DNA from: Camelus ferus
Lineage: Eukaryota
Length of the DNA stretch: 64,000 bases
NCBI RefSeq assembly: GCF_009834535.1
Contig: NC_045707.1
Span: 50,284,001-50,348,000 of the forward strand
Direction: 5' to 3'
Position 1 is the stretch's first letter. Every line of letters begins with the position of its first letter. This document shows, in pieces, positions 26,115 to 39,440 of the stretch. The notes under the pieces are model-generated. The model worked only from the letters and a program-made list of their open reading frames with translations, had not been told where the DNA came from and made no database searches. A program made the position numbers and the translations under genes.

Positions 26115-26769
26115 CTTCTACATGATTTTAATCTCATGATAATTTGACATGAGGTCTCTTCACAAAGCAACGTTATCTCAGAGTCTGCAATTTTATCCAC
26201 CTCTTGTGATTAGAAAAGATATTTCAAACTTCCCATTTCATTATTCTGAGCTCTAGCTCAGATTTTAAACATTATTACCAGATTTAATTTTAATCTTTTT
26301 TCATTCTCTGATTATAAGGGAGTAAGCTATTAAGGGTTATTCAATCAGGTAAGTCAGCATCATGTAGGTTTTTAAATGATTCTTAGTTCATTTTTTGATT
26401 TGAATTTGTTCAAAATAGCCTCCCAATTATTTAGTAGTTTTGATTTTAAAAATTACCATTCTGCCAATCTGCTACAGAGTATGATTTCAATAAGTCTCCT
26501 TCCTTCATGGTATTTTTTCTGTGAAGGCATTGCGCAGGGTTGCATTGGTCACACTGAATTTGCCATGTTAAACACAAGTAAGACAAGCTTCACCCATGCA
26601 AAGGAAACCGTCGCAGCTCAGAGTAATCAAGGGGGAGTTTAGAAATACTCCCGTTTCTAATCACAAGAGGTTAATGAAATTGTAAACTCTAGGATAATGT
26701 TACTTTGTGAAGAGACCTGGGTCAAATTATCATGGGTAATGCTCAAATGGAATTAAAATTAGGTAGAAG
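26115..26769. repeat. Long inverted repeat (arms 26115-26252 and 26615-26769), probable ancient non-autonomous DNA transposon
   Basis: The left arm CATGATAATTTGACATGAGGTCTCTTCACAAAGCAACGTTATC...ACCTCTTGTGATTAGAAA aligns to the reverse complement of TTTCTAATCACAAGAGGT...GATAATGTTACTTTGTGAAGAGACCTGGGTCAAATTATCATG. Confidence 0.85.
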
Positions 26770-27466
26770 GAAGTTCCAGTTGATTGTGATCTGGCCAATC
26801 TCAAAGCTGTAACGATCAGATGTTTCACATTTACTTGGGTTATATTTTGTCCTTGCACGGGCGTAACTGAAATTAAGGTCTATGTTTGGGAAACATATAA
26901 TAGTTCAATGGCATCTTCTGCCCATTTTCTTAACAAGTGGGAAGCCAGATGCACCAAAAAGTAGTAAATAGGACAAGGATAAAAGGTCTAATTTGTTAAA
27001 CACAATGATAATGATGAAAATTGATAACATAAAATTTTGAGCGCCAAATAAGAAAAAAGTCTCCTGTAAGTAAATTACAAAGGTAAAAGACTGAATCAGA
27101 AAATTTTTATTTAGTTCTAAGATCTAGTCTGCATTTACAGTTGATTGTATTCTATTCCTGTAGAAGTACAAAACAGGTCATTCTCTCTCAAAGCATGCAG
27201 AAATTGCCACTTCCAAATAAAACTGCCATAAAGAGTAGTTAACTTTTATTTACAAAACTGTCTCAGAGACATGAACCATAGTGCAAAAAAAAAAAAAAAG
27301 AGGATCTGATGAAGTAAAGGGAGAACATTCAGTTAATTTTCAAGACTTCTACGGAGCATGATAAATTTTGTTGAAAGGCATTAGGAATATGAAAATAAAT
27401 GGAGAGATGGATATATTGTGTTTGTGGCTTAGAAGATTAGGTATTGGAAAAATGTCAGTACTCCCC

Positions 27467-27795
27467 TGTCATGAGATGAATGTGTCCCCCCAAAATTCGT
27501 ATGTTCAGTTACAAAGCACCAGTACCTCAGAATGTGACTGTATTTAAAGACAGGCCTTAAAAGAAGTTATTAAGGCAAAGTGAGATGATATGCGTGGCCC
27601 TAATCCAGTATAACTGGGGGCTTTATTAGAAGAGGACACAGACATCACAGACCAAGGGGGGATCACACGAGGACACTGGGAGAAGGCGGCCATCTGCAAG
27701 CCCAAGAGAGAGGCCTTAGAAGAAACCAAACCTGCAGCATCTTAATCTTAGTATTCTAGCCTCCCAGAACAGTGAGAGCAAAATCCTGTGTAAGC
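27467..27795 (+). mobile_element. MaLR LTR (MLT1B-like)
   Basis: GAATGTGTCCCCCCAAAATTCGTATGTT ... CCAGTACCTCAGAATGTGACTGTATTT ... GCCATCTGCAAGCCCAAGAGAGAGGCCTTAGAAGAAACCAAACCTGC. Confidence 0.88.
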
Positions 27796-28531
27796 AATAG
27801 TAAAAAACAAAACAAAAAACTGTCAGATAGAAAATAAACTTGAAAAGCCCAAGAAAAGGAAAACTTTTCTCTGTAATATCTTGAAAAAATTCTAGACAGC
27901 CTTAAAGTTCCCACAGTGACTTTAGATGTAATAGGAAGGAAATCAGAAAACTCTTCAAAATCTTTCAGTGACTAGTACTTTGATTCTTAATAGCTCTCAT
28001 CATAATTCTATTGTATTCAACAAAAACTTACTCAGGACTTAGCATGTGACAGGTACTAAAAACACAAAAAGAAATGTGCCCTAATCCTGGATTCAATGAA
28101 TTCACAGTTCAGTGAGAGTCATATGGATATATAAAGAGGAAGCTAAAATGTATTGCCACAGAACTATCTGCTAGCCCTTTTGCGAGGGCATTTATATACT
28201 TAATTACTTTTCATCCTTATGGAAAAATTACAAGGTAGATATTGTATCGAATAGCCATTTTAACTGGAGGGTCGGCTAGTGAGTAGGGGAGCTGAAATTC
28301 AGTGCTGAGTCTGTCTGCCTCCAAAGCTCTGATTCTTTTCATCCCAGGATGCTGGAAAGAGATGTATATATACACATATATACATACATAAATTTATATA
28401 CACATACATAAGTGTGTATATATTTATATCTACACTACACACAAAGACACAAACATGTACAAGCACTCATATGTATATGAGTCATACATACACATACACG
28501 GACGTATTTGTTACCCAAATCACATGCATTT

Positions 28532-29245
28532 GTTGTATTTAAAAAGCTCTTTTTAAATTTAGATTTTAGAGCGGTTTTAGATTCACAGCAAAGTTGAGGA
28601 GAAGGTACAGAGATTTCTCATATATCCCCTGCGCCTACACATGCATAACCACCCCATTATCAGCATCCTCTACCAGAGTGGTCCATTCATTATAATCGAT
28701 GAAACTACACTGACACATCATAATCACTCAAAGTCCAAGGTGTACATTAGGGTTCACTCTTTGTGTTGTACATCCTATGGGTTTGGACAAATGTATGGTG
28801 ACATGTCACTATCACTGTGGAATCATACAGCATATTTTCACTGTCATAAAAATCCTCTGTGCTCTGCCCATTTATCACCCATCTCCCCAAACCTTGACAA
28901 CCACTGAACTGTTTACTGTCTCCATTGTTTTGCTTTTTCCAGAATGTTATGTAGTTGAAGTATTACAGTATACAGACTTCTAAGATTGGCTTCTTTCACT
29001 TGTTTCCTCCACGTGTTTTCATGGCTTTATAACTCATGTCTTTTTAGAGCTGGATAATATTCCATTGCCTGGATATACCAGTTTATTTATTTATTCACCT
29101 ATTGAAGGACATCTTGGTTGCTTCCAAGTTTTGACAATGATAAATAAAGCTGCTGTAAACATCCATGTGCTGGTTTTTTCTTGTACGTAGGTTTTCAACT
29201 CCTTTGTATATATACTAAGGAGTGTTGATTGCGGGATCATATGGT
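28532..29245 (-). mobile_element. L1 3' end (L1MC-like)
   Basis: TTTTAGAGCGGTTTTAGATTCACAGCAAAGTTGAGG ... GAAGGACATCTTGGTTGCTTCCAAG. Candidate TSD AATCACATGCATTT (28518-28531) / AATCAAATGCATTT (29246-29259). Confidence 0.85.
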
Positions 29246-30211
29246 AATCAAATGCATTTTTTTATGTGTTACACAAGGTTTTGGTAAATAGAACCTAAAT
29301 TTTATTCTTTTAAATGAAAAAACTAAAGCATTACCAGTGTATCCTATTTCATAATGCTATCACAATTTTAAATACTTACATAACAATCTCTAAGTGATTT
29401 CTTATACAATGTAAAGTATTTTAAAAACCACTAGTCTAATTACTTAATAATTAGTCAGTCATTAATGAGTACATTTGAAAGCAGAAATGCAATAATATGC
29501 TGAATCAGATGTGACTTATAATTTCCTCTGGAAATATGCAAGACACTGTAGAGAAACAATGAAATAATATGTTAAAGATACACAGTGAATTCAAATAACA
29601 CTTAGGAAAATAAAATGAGTTCATTTAAAAATAGACACTTACTGATTAAAGAATTGCTGAGTGAGGTTGGTGGTAAGAGGAGAGGAGGAAAATGGAGGTG
29701 TGGTCACTACTCTTGTTTGGTGGTGAGTGAAGGTGAAGGAATGTGCTGGGGGAGGAGTTAGTGGAAAAGAATGTGCCTGAGGTTTATCTATGATCTATTT
29801 CCGGGTCCAGGAAATTGTGGACAGACCATGCCCTTGACTGTCGAGACACTGGAAGTGGATGACTATGAACCACCGTCTGAGGTCTTAAATGAAACAGTGG
29901 GACAAAACAACCAACCAATTCAAAATAGACAGCTATTAATGTGGACACCCCTGATACACTGTTACCCTGCAGCTGCTCTGATAACTGCATTTTTGCATGA
30001 GATGCATCTACACATGTCCTGGCCACCTTCAGCAGTTGCCATGGCAATTGTTTTGTTCTTTTAAAGTTTGGCATTGAATATTCATGCTCCTCTTCTTCCT
30101 CTTTCCCCAAGCAACAACCAACAATGAGCACTGACTTGAACGAGTTCCTCAGGTATAAGTCCTGTACTGGTGATGCTAACAATATCTTTATCATTTTCAG
30201 TAACTTCATTG

Positions 30212-30272
30212 GCATAGTCTAAGATTCTGTCTTTATACCTTAGCATAGTCTAAGATTCTGTCTTTATACCTT
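30212..30272. repeat. Exact tandem duplication, period 31 bp
   Basis: GCATAGTCTAAGATTCTGTCTTTATACCTT occurs at 30212 and 30243. Confidence 0.95.
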
Positions 30273-30390
30273 TTCCTCAAAACCTTCCAAGTCAGCAACA
30301 AATGGCCAAACCAGTTTCTTATAATCTTCACTCCTTCTTATTGTGATTCTTATCTTCTAGCCTGGCTGATGAATCTAAGAGCCTTTTCGA

Positions 30391-30900
30391 TATTGTGGAG
30401 GACACAACTCATGTGCCTCCTCAGATTCCTCTTGGCACTTCCTCCCTCTCATGGGCTACATTATTCTTCTGCTTGAACTCGGCCAACCACATGTCTTAAT
30501 AAAAAGTTAGGACTTGATAAACATATGAGAAAACATATGATAAGGACAGGTGATGAAACTCCACTGGGAGGCAGGGGATGGGAAGGACCTGGAAAAATAA
30601 GTTTTAGCTCCCTTCTTCTTTCCAGTGGACTGCTCCAAGACAAGATTTCTATGTACAGCCTGAAGTCCCATCATGTCCTGTCATATAATGTATCCTAAAG
30701 GATTCATCTGCCTAGAAGCTGAATGTGTCTTCTTGTAACACAGTACACACAGTTTACATCAGTGGCTAGCATGGTACTATATTACCTGAATTCTTTTTGA
30801 TCCTTCACTTCCCTTTTCCCTTACTCATGCTGCCCTGGTATTACACATCCATTAGCACTTAGTCTGTGCTTCAACTTTGTTTTCTAATAATCCAGGCCAA
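30391..30900 (+). mobile_element. ERVL-class LTR (LTR16-like), degraded
   Basis: TATTGTGGAGGACAC start; 3' part CTTCACTTCCCTTTTCCCTTACTCATGCTGCCCTGG ... CTTTGTTTTCTA. Confidence 0.4.
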
Positions 30901-32574
30901 TGGAGATAACAAATATCTTTCATAAATTCTCTATCAAAGCTCTGTTACCTACTTCAGTCCTCTGCACAAGATATTGCATGGTGAGATGGTACACTGACCA
31001 CCAGGTTATAAAAGTGACATATTGTTGGAAGACAAAAAGACCACTAAGATATTATTACTGTAATCACAGCACTAAAAGAATGCCTGAGAACCTAGTCTAG
31101 TATCAAAGTAATCTTGTTTTTAAGATTTTTCTTCTTTGTGTGTACTTTGATTGACAGTGATAGCTCCCTCTTCAAGTAATCATTAAATATTTTCTTTATC
31201 GTCCTTTATGATTTGTATGTAAGTAACTCACTCTTCAACATTTCTCTAAGGGCTTTGGGATTTTTCAAATGTATTAGTTTAACATTGTCTTCACAATATC
31301 CATCTAAAATCCTGTCTTTGAAAGTATTTGAATGTTCTTGCAAATTTTCCTCTTCTTTTGAGATAAACGTGGCACTCATTTCCTAAATGAGTAGTTATCC
31401 CACTTTTATTACCATTGAATTTTGCCTATAGAATAAACCATTTAATTGCAACCGCACTATTAGTGGAAATTGTTTTACCCATGACCTTCAAATTATGTTA
31501 TTGCAGTGTTGCATACTCTTAAATCTTTTGGCCTATTGTTGACTTGTAAGTTCCATTTCTTCACTGAATCAATTCCCTGCTTCCTTACTTCTTTCCTAGT
31601 CCTTGAGGATATTCAATGCCTTCTACTTTAACATGCTGCTCAATGGTATACCCTGACAACTATTAATTCATTACCCCCAAGAAATCTCTAGTTTCTCAAA
31701 AAATAATGTGTTGTGCTTGGGTAACATGATGAAACTTTCTAAAATTAATAATATTTAGAAAAATTATTATTAAAAATTATTATGTGGTAATGGTGGCACA
31801 TGTGTGCCCAAGAATTTGTTTTTATATATGTGTTAACATTTCTATCTTCCTTAGATACGTGCCTGCTCTTGAACTCTTAGGTTCATCTCACTTCTCTACA
31901 GCCTTTTCCACTTTCTTAAAAAACATTTTTCCTTAAAATGTGGGGAAGATGGATTATAATATGTTCAAACAAAGGGTATGCAGAGAGCCAGGTGAGATAC
32001 ATCCTCTTGCCTGCATTATTGTCTATTTTCACATTTTCATTAGTGTGCTGGGCATATTTAATAAGGTGGATTTGTAACATAGACAGTAAATTTTGTGTGA
32101 AAATGTCTGCAGTTCATCTGGACAAATATACGAGTGGTAAGAATTCAGACAGTAAGGGATAGCTATATGTGTGAAATATTCTGCTATTTCTATGAACAAG
32201 ATAAATATGAGAATACAGAGAAGTGATAAATATTGCTTGGATAGGATATGGAAAATAAAGTCAAGAGGGGGCCTAGGAGGTGGGATGATGAGCTTGGGGA
32301 ATCAGAATAAAGGGGTTGACATATGAGGTAGCATAAAGAAGAGGTTAGGGGTAACTTTTGAAGCAATCCCTGATTTCCCACCTGGCCCCAGAGATTACTC
32401 ACCCTCCTCTGACCTCTAACAGTCCACCTCTAATTTGTCTCTACTATGACATGAATCACACTACACAGTAATGTTTACATATTTGCTTTAACCATGATCA
32501 ACCTTACTTATCTATTTCCCATCCTAAGAGAATGCTTGGGACAATACAAAGCTCAGTAAATTTGTTGAGTTACT

Positions 32575-33130
32575 TATTTAACTTTTGTTGAGCACTTCCT
32601 ATATCCCAGGCATTATTCTAGGCATTGAGAAAGAGCAATGAATCAAATCAAAAAGCGTATGTCCTCATAACACATTTCATTGGGTTTGTCTTTGTAATAA
32701 GAGATTATGACATTAACACAGTTAATATACATGATTATATATGAGCTGTAATAATTAGGTCAGGAGATAAACTAAATTTCCAGTAATGGCAAGTGCCATG
32801 CAGAAAACAGATTGGAGTAAGAGGTTAGAGAAGGACTGGGAGTGCCATCTTGGATGGGTTGGTCAGGGAAGGTCTCTTTGATGAGGGAACATTTGAGAAG
32901 AGGTGTGAATGAAGTGACAGAGTGAGTGTGACTAAGGAAGAAACAATGTGACTAATTTAAGTGTGACTATCTATCTAAGGAAGAAATTTCTAAGCAGAGA
33001 ACATGGCGAGTCCAAAGACCATGAGATGGAAGCATGTATTGCTTGCTGTAGAACAGAGGGGAAGAACAATGAGTTTGGAGAGTAGCCAGGCACCGATCAC
33101 AGAGAGCTTTGTAGCCATGAATGAATGAGT
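32575..33130 (-). mobile_element. L2 LINE 3' region
   Basis: TTGTTGAGCACTTCCTATATCCCAGGCATTATTCTAGGCATTGAG ... GGTCAGGGAAGGTCTCTTTGATGAGGGAACATTTGAG. Confidence 0.75.
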
Positions 33131-33474
33131 GACGTATAGGAAAATGAAGTAGCATAAGCAAAGCTGTGAAGGCAAGAAAGTATGACATTTTCTTGGAAGG
33201 GTATGGCTATAGAAAAAGTGCATTTTTCCTAGAGAATAGAGTTCAAAGCATAAGGTTCATGATCCTCATCAATTTCATCTCCACCAAGTGGGAGGAGACA
33301 ATTTTTTTTAAAAACTACGTTGGGGTGAAATTGGAGAGGACACAAAATTTATGCTAAAGATTTCAAACTTTATTCTCTAGAAACTGGGTAACTTTGAAGA
33401 TTTTTTGAGCTACCTTATCACAAAGGTATTATCAGGAGCCTTTCATATATTTTCGGTGGAATTGTTATTATTCA

Positions 33475-34080
33475 GGGTTCTCATACATTATTGGTAGAAC
33501 TATAAATTGGCACAATAATTATGAAGGGCAATTTTTCAATAATCTATCAAAATTTAAAATGCATATAAAGGCACTGAACTCACTTTTAGAAATCTACCTA
33601 AAAATATATGTATGTAAAAACGCACAGATATTTATACAGCATTGCCATTGCTTTGTTATTTGTAATAGTGAAAATGAGAAATGAATTAAATATCTGTAAG
33701 GAACTAGTTAAATAATCATGGCACTTCAAACAAGGGAATATCATGCTGCCCTTAAAAGGAGTGAGGCAGTTCTGAGTCTACTGATATGGAACGATGATCA
33801 GGAAACATTATTAGTAGGAAAAAAGAATAAAATTATAAAAGCATATTTACACTATGACCCCATTCAAGTAGAAAAAAATAATATACATACATGTGCTTGC
33901 ACTTGTATAGATAATAAATCTAAGAACAGAACATAACCTTGACTACTTTTATGGAGTTGTTTTTAAGCAGCAATCATGTGGTGGGGCTGGAGAGAGGGAT
34001 ACATTTTACTCTATACTCTAAGCTTTTTGGCCATATCTAAAGTTTTTATACCAAACATGTATTACCTTTTAAATTAATCT
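33475..34080 (+). mobile_element. Old L1ME-type 3' region
   Basis: CTCATACATTATTGGTAGAACTATAAATTGGCACAA ... CTACTGATATGGAACGATG. Confidence 0.7.
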
Positions 34081-37000
34081 TTTTAAAAAGAAGAATAAAA
34101 AGATGTCTTTATCTGAAGGAAATCTCTTGATAAAAGTCTACTGGGAACATTAAAGTTTTCCTGAAAAGATAACTTTAACAAAGGATAATAAATTAAAAAT
34201 TTATTTATATAATGCCATCCAAAATACTCATTTTCAATGAAATTAGTCTATCTAATTATATGTTTCTGGTTCTCAGCCAATGAAAACATTGCTACATAAG
34301 ACTTTCTAAAAGTTCACTTAACCTGAAATATAATTAAATTAGCTTTTTGAACATTAGCATTCTCTGGGAGCTTCAATACAGATAGCTTGTGCTATGGTCT
34401 TTGCTGATTTGATTCTGGTTTTCGTTCTTGAGCCATTTTGATGCACAGATGCTAATCAATAGTCAAAATGCTTCTGGTGAATTTCTCCTCAGCATCTGGA
34501 AGAGAATGCTTCATAGTATTATCAAATAAATATTTTGGAGTTGGTTTTTGTGATAATATTGCCATAACATCATTAAAAATCAGAACTTTAATAATTAAAG
34601 GGTAGGAAGTGCATTTAGTGTCTGAATATTTCTGTTCTGCATTCTGGTATCTGCTGTCTTGTTGGTCCGCGTTTGTGTATCTAACTTTTTTCACCAACTG
34701 TATTTGAAGTATCTCGAAGGCGAGGAGTGCAGTACTCTTCACCACAGCTGCTAGCGTGGGAGGTACCTGCCAGCTGATGTGGCCCTCACAGAGATAGAAA
34801 TGGAGTTCTCAGAGGTTCCTTTGTTTAGTTCACCAGCATGTTAAAATTGAGATATTTTTAAAAATTTCAATCCTCTCAGTGTGTTCCTACGTCTTACAGG
34901 GATCCTTGTTGAGTGATCATATGCCAATGATGTGTACAGATTTAAAATTTGTCTCTATCTAATAAAGGAAGACTGACTGGCTTCACCTCCCTCATGGGGT
35001 TAATCATTTTGAGGGGCAACCAGCTTCCCTCTGTTCCTTGTACCCTCCATTCTTCTTCCCTTACTGTCCTCAACCAATGGGTCACTGAGTTCTGTCTTTC
35101 ATACCTTTTAAACAGCTCATGGGGTGTGACTCCTCTAGCATTACCTCCACCCTCAGTTCACTGTGAATACAGGGACGTGGACAAATGGTTCTCTCACTGC
35201 CTTGGATGGGAAGTGTTCCCATCTGCCTACCTCCGTGATAGGGCCTGGTGCATTAGAGACACTTAATAAACCCTTGAATAATGCTTGGACTTTTATGAAA
35301 AGTAAGATGCTAGCCTCAAACCATATCAGCATATATTTATGGAACATTTAAGATGTGTGGTGTTCTGGGCAGCATGCTAATGGAGACTGTCAGGAGGTCT
35401 GAAATTCTAGAGTCTAAAAATGTAAATGATGAAGCAGGTGCCAATAAAACAGAGCTACCTAATAACCAGACATACACAAGTTTCAGGCAATGCCATGGGG
35501 TGGTGTCTCATTAATCACTAAGTTTGTTATGTAGGGCATGGGTGCTAACACTTCAGAGGAGAATTTGGCTTTCGGTGATTGACAAAGACTACACAGAGGA
35601 ACAGAGATGTGAGCTGATATCAGAGATGAACTTGGCTTTGTGTGAGTGGAGATATCCAGGGTAGAAAAGAAGAAGAGAAGGAGCAGAGTGGGGAGAGAGC
35701 AGTCTGGTCTCCTAGAGCTGGGGTTTCCTGCACAGTAATGGTCTTTCCTTTCTAAGATTATGGAGACTTTGAAGAGTTTGATAAATACATTGAATTCCCC
35801 TCCAAAAAAAATGACCATACTAAAAATGAATGCAAAATCTTATATACATTTTTAGGGGTTTGTGTACATGTAGCCTACCCACTGATACAAGAAGGGATCC
35901 CAGTGGAGTTCATGACCCTCCACTTAAGAACCACGTTTCAAGAGAGATTAGTGGGGAGACAACGCTTGAGTGTGTAGATTTTGAAGGACCTTAGATAACA
36001 AACTAAACAGAAGTAAGGGGAAAAAGTGGAAAGACAGTCAGTTTTGACTCAGAAATTGCTTTTTCCCTTTTACTCTTTTTATCTATAAACAGGAACAATG
36101 ATTATACTGTTGAGCTTGCTGAGATGATTAATGGTGATAATGATGTAGACAGTACACGACACAGCATGCGTGTATTTATTCCACAGGGAACAACAAGGCC
36201 TGAAGATTTCAGATTAATGAATAATACAATTAAAATGGGATTTTAGAAGAGAAACTTGTTGGCAGTGTGCACGACGGAATGAAAGGAAAAGAAACTGTAA
36301 CTGCTCAGTGTAGAAGAGGGGGAAATACTGACGTGCAGACTGAGATGATTTGGCCATAAACAGCACATTCAGTATGAGTGAGAGAAAGAGTTTTTTTTTT
36401 ATAGGGAAGAAATGTCGCATGAGGAGGAGTTAGCATTTAAAAATATTTCTTCCTTTAAGAGGTCACTTCACAGGAACTCACTCCCACTTAGTAATTTAGA
36501 ATAAAGTGTGATTGCATTCATCATAAATGTTCACTTAAAATATTCAAGAAATAACTGCAGTGGGTAGATTGCATGATAGATCTGTTGAGGTAATAGAAAC
36601 CTCTTTTGGAGAGCTTTGCAGTAGATTCCATGGAAAGGCGAGTTAGGATGACGTTCCCAAGAGTAACACCATATGTTTGATTTCTATGTAGGATTTCTGT
36701 ATTTCTGTTCCTGTCCCTTATGATTCACAGGTGAGATTGGTCCCAATTGGTCTACAGATCCTAACTGATGGATATATCTTCTCCCTGTTTCCACTACACT
36801 TAACTCAGACCTTTTTTTTTTTTTTTTTGTCCTACATGGCTATTCCATCAGCTTCTTAAGGGACTCTACCTCCAGGACTTTTCTCTATTTAATGCATCCT
36901 TTGCAAAATAGCCAGAATGCTCTTTCTAAAATACAGCTATGATCATATTTCTTTCCTGCTTTAAACTCTTCAATGACTCCCCAAGTCCTTCAGGATCTAT

Positions 37001-37499
37001 TTCAGAGTCTACAGCATGGCTTACAATTACCTTCAATCTACTTCCCCAGACTTAGCGCCAATCATTCCCTTCCACACCCTCAACTTCTACATTCTTGGCT
37101 GTTTCAGAGGCCAACATCTTTTCTGAGAGGCCATTGCTCTTTTTCTTTGCATGTAAGACATTCACTCAATCTACTTTAAACTTAATTGTAGTTTATAATA
37201 TACGAACAAAGATTAATCATGCAAACCACACTACAAGTTTGTTCCTGCTTTGCCAAACTCCCTGGGCAAACCTGATACAACTATTAGTGTTTCTGGTGCT
37301 CCTCTTTCCTTATTTATCTATTTAGCTATTGGTTGAATAGAAGTCATCCATTCTATTCCATTCTATCAAATCAGAGGAAGAATATTCCAGAATACTTTGG
37401 TCAGGTAATACTTGTTGAGTTTGGCAGCAATAGAGTTCTGTCGGGTTGGTGTTTGTTACCAGGAGAGAACAGTAGATTATGAGGATGTAGAAGCCAATG

Positions 37500-38245
37500 A
37501 GGACCAGAGACACTCACAGCCTTGAAAGTGTAAGGACATTTTATGTAATTCTAAGGGCTATGAGGAGCCATTGAATGAGCTTACTCAAAGAAATCATCCT
37601 ATTTAGGTTTACTAAAAGATGACGTTGGCTACTGGGAGAAGTGTTGGAGAGAGGAAAGAACAGCTTCCAGAGAACAGGAAGGGGACTAATACATGGCATT
37701 GCAGGCTAGGGTGTTAGCAGTGGATGGAGAAAAGTGGTTGCATTTGAGATTCATTTGTGCGGGAAATCAACCAGCTTCCTCGACCGACTAGATGTGGGGA
37801 GGTCGGGAGAGGGAGGTATTATAGCTGACTTATAGATTTTAGGGGGCAACTGAGAGGAAGAAGAGATTTAAGAAAAGTATCAAGAATCAGGAAAGAAACA
37901 CAGCATCGTGTAAGTATTAGAGCAGTTAATACATAATTACTTTTTCCTCTCTGCTAACCAGTCCTTCAAGTTCTAGGTCATGTCTTCATGGAAACGTCTC
38001 TGATCACCTGAGGCAAAAGTCGGTTGGCTCTCCTCTCTCATTTCTGGAGCACTTATTACTTCACTTGAAGTTTGCACGTCTGTTCCTTATTCTGCTTATC
38101 TTGATCTATGATGCTTCCTCTCTCTACACCTAGATTTTAAACTCAGTGACAGGGGACCTTTTCTTATATGACTTTGAATTTCTGATATCATTAAGTAGAG
38201 TCTGGTACACAACAAGTTCTCACTAAAGATTTTTTGACTACTTAA
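37500..38245. mobile_element. L2 fragments (- ~37500-37860, + ~37960-38245)
   Basis: GAGGAGCCATTGAATGAGC ... GACTAGATGTGGGGAGG, then CTAGATTTTAAACTCAGTGACAGGGGACC. Confidence 0.55.
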
Positions 38246-39149
38246 TTGGAAATATCATTGTGAGAGGAAGTTGGAGAAGGATATGTTATTGGTAGTGATT
38301 TCCCCTCTCATATTCTGTTCATAGAGGAAAAAAAAGATCATGTGTGTAACCTAATTTCTGAAATGTCTTCATGAGGACAGACTATAAAGAACTATAGAAG
38401 AATCTACGATGGCTATAATTTATCACAGTACACAGTTTTAATAAAGAAAGTTTGAGATAATTCAATGTATTGGTTTTTAAGTCTCTGAATTCACTGTCCC
38501 TCACATGAATTAGTGATTCTGGTTGCCTTTGGAAGAACAAGGTGATGGTGGGCATGGGAGGAGAGGGCTGAGAGAGAACTTGTGAAAATACATATACCAT
38601 GTGGTTCCAGGGAATATATGAAAAGTGATGTAACCTCAGAGGCCAAGAAACCTCTTTAAAATGATGCCCGTAAGAGTGCAACCCATACTCTCTACCTCCT
38701 ATGCCACATGGTTCATGGTGAAAGTAGGACAGGGCATGCTAAACCTGTGGGTTTTTGATGGATTCTTTCTCTGACTGTTCCTTCATCTTGGATCACTCTC
38801 AAAGTAGCCTCTTACAGCTTCATTTGCCCACCACCCCTGAGACATTTAAGTGAGGGTGGGGACAGGAGATCTCACTGTTGTCACTTGTCTACCAGATCCT
38901 GCTGCTGTTATTAATCACAGTGGGCTCCTTGTTAATGTGAGTGTTTATACAGAAGCAAAAGACATATTTATTGAGCATCTAATGTATGGCAGGATTTTGG
39001 CTAGGCTACTTTGACATAGATATGATAACAAATCTATGTTCACAAAGAGCATGCAGTCCCAAAGTCAGGTGTCTATACAGGCACACATCTTTTCACAATG
39101 GAAATAGAGATTTTCCCTAGGAGAGGCTTAGCTATCTGTGTTTAGCCAT

Positions 39150-39356
39150 CTGATATTTAGAATCAGGAAGATCTGGATTAGCAGCTTGACTTCTTCATAT
39201 TGTACCTATGTGATCTTGGGCAAGATAGTTAATTTCTCCAAGCCTTATTTGCATTAGACCTAAAATAAAGATAATGATACCTTCATTCCAGGGTTGTTAT
39301 AAGAACTAAATAATATATTCAAAGCTCCTAGTATACGTATGATGAGTGCTTAATAA

Positions 39357-39360
<4 letters not shown>
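39150..39360 (+). mobile_element. MIR SINE
   Basis: CTATGTGATCTTGGGCAAGATAGTTAATTTCTCCAAGCCT ... CAGGGTTGTTATAAGAACTAAAT ... GTGCTTAATAAAT. Confidence 0.75.

Positions 39361-39433
<73 letters not shown>
39361..39433. repeat. (TA)n microsatellite, ~36 perfect units
   Basis: Uninterrupted TA run read directly from the sequence. Confidence 0.98.

Positions 39434-39440
<7 letters not shown>

Noticed and set aside
29771..30215. Overlapping antisense ORFs of 97 and 143 aa
   Set aside because: No recognisable homology or convincing splice boundaries; lengths are compatible with chance.
34670..34766. CpG-containing segment; possible minus-strand terminal exon (TSHASSCGEEYCTPRLRDTSNTVGEKS*)
   Set aside because: The acceptor context is poor and the peptide is not recognised.
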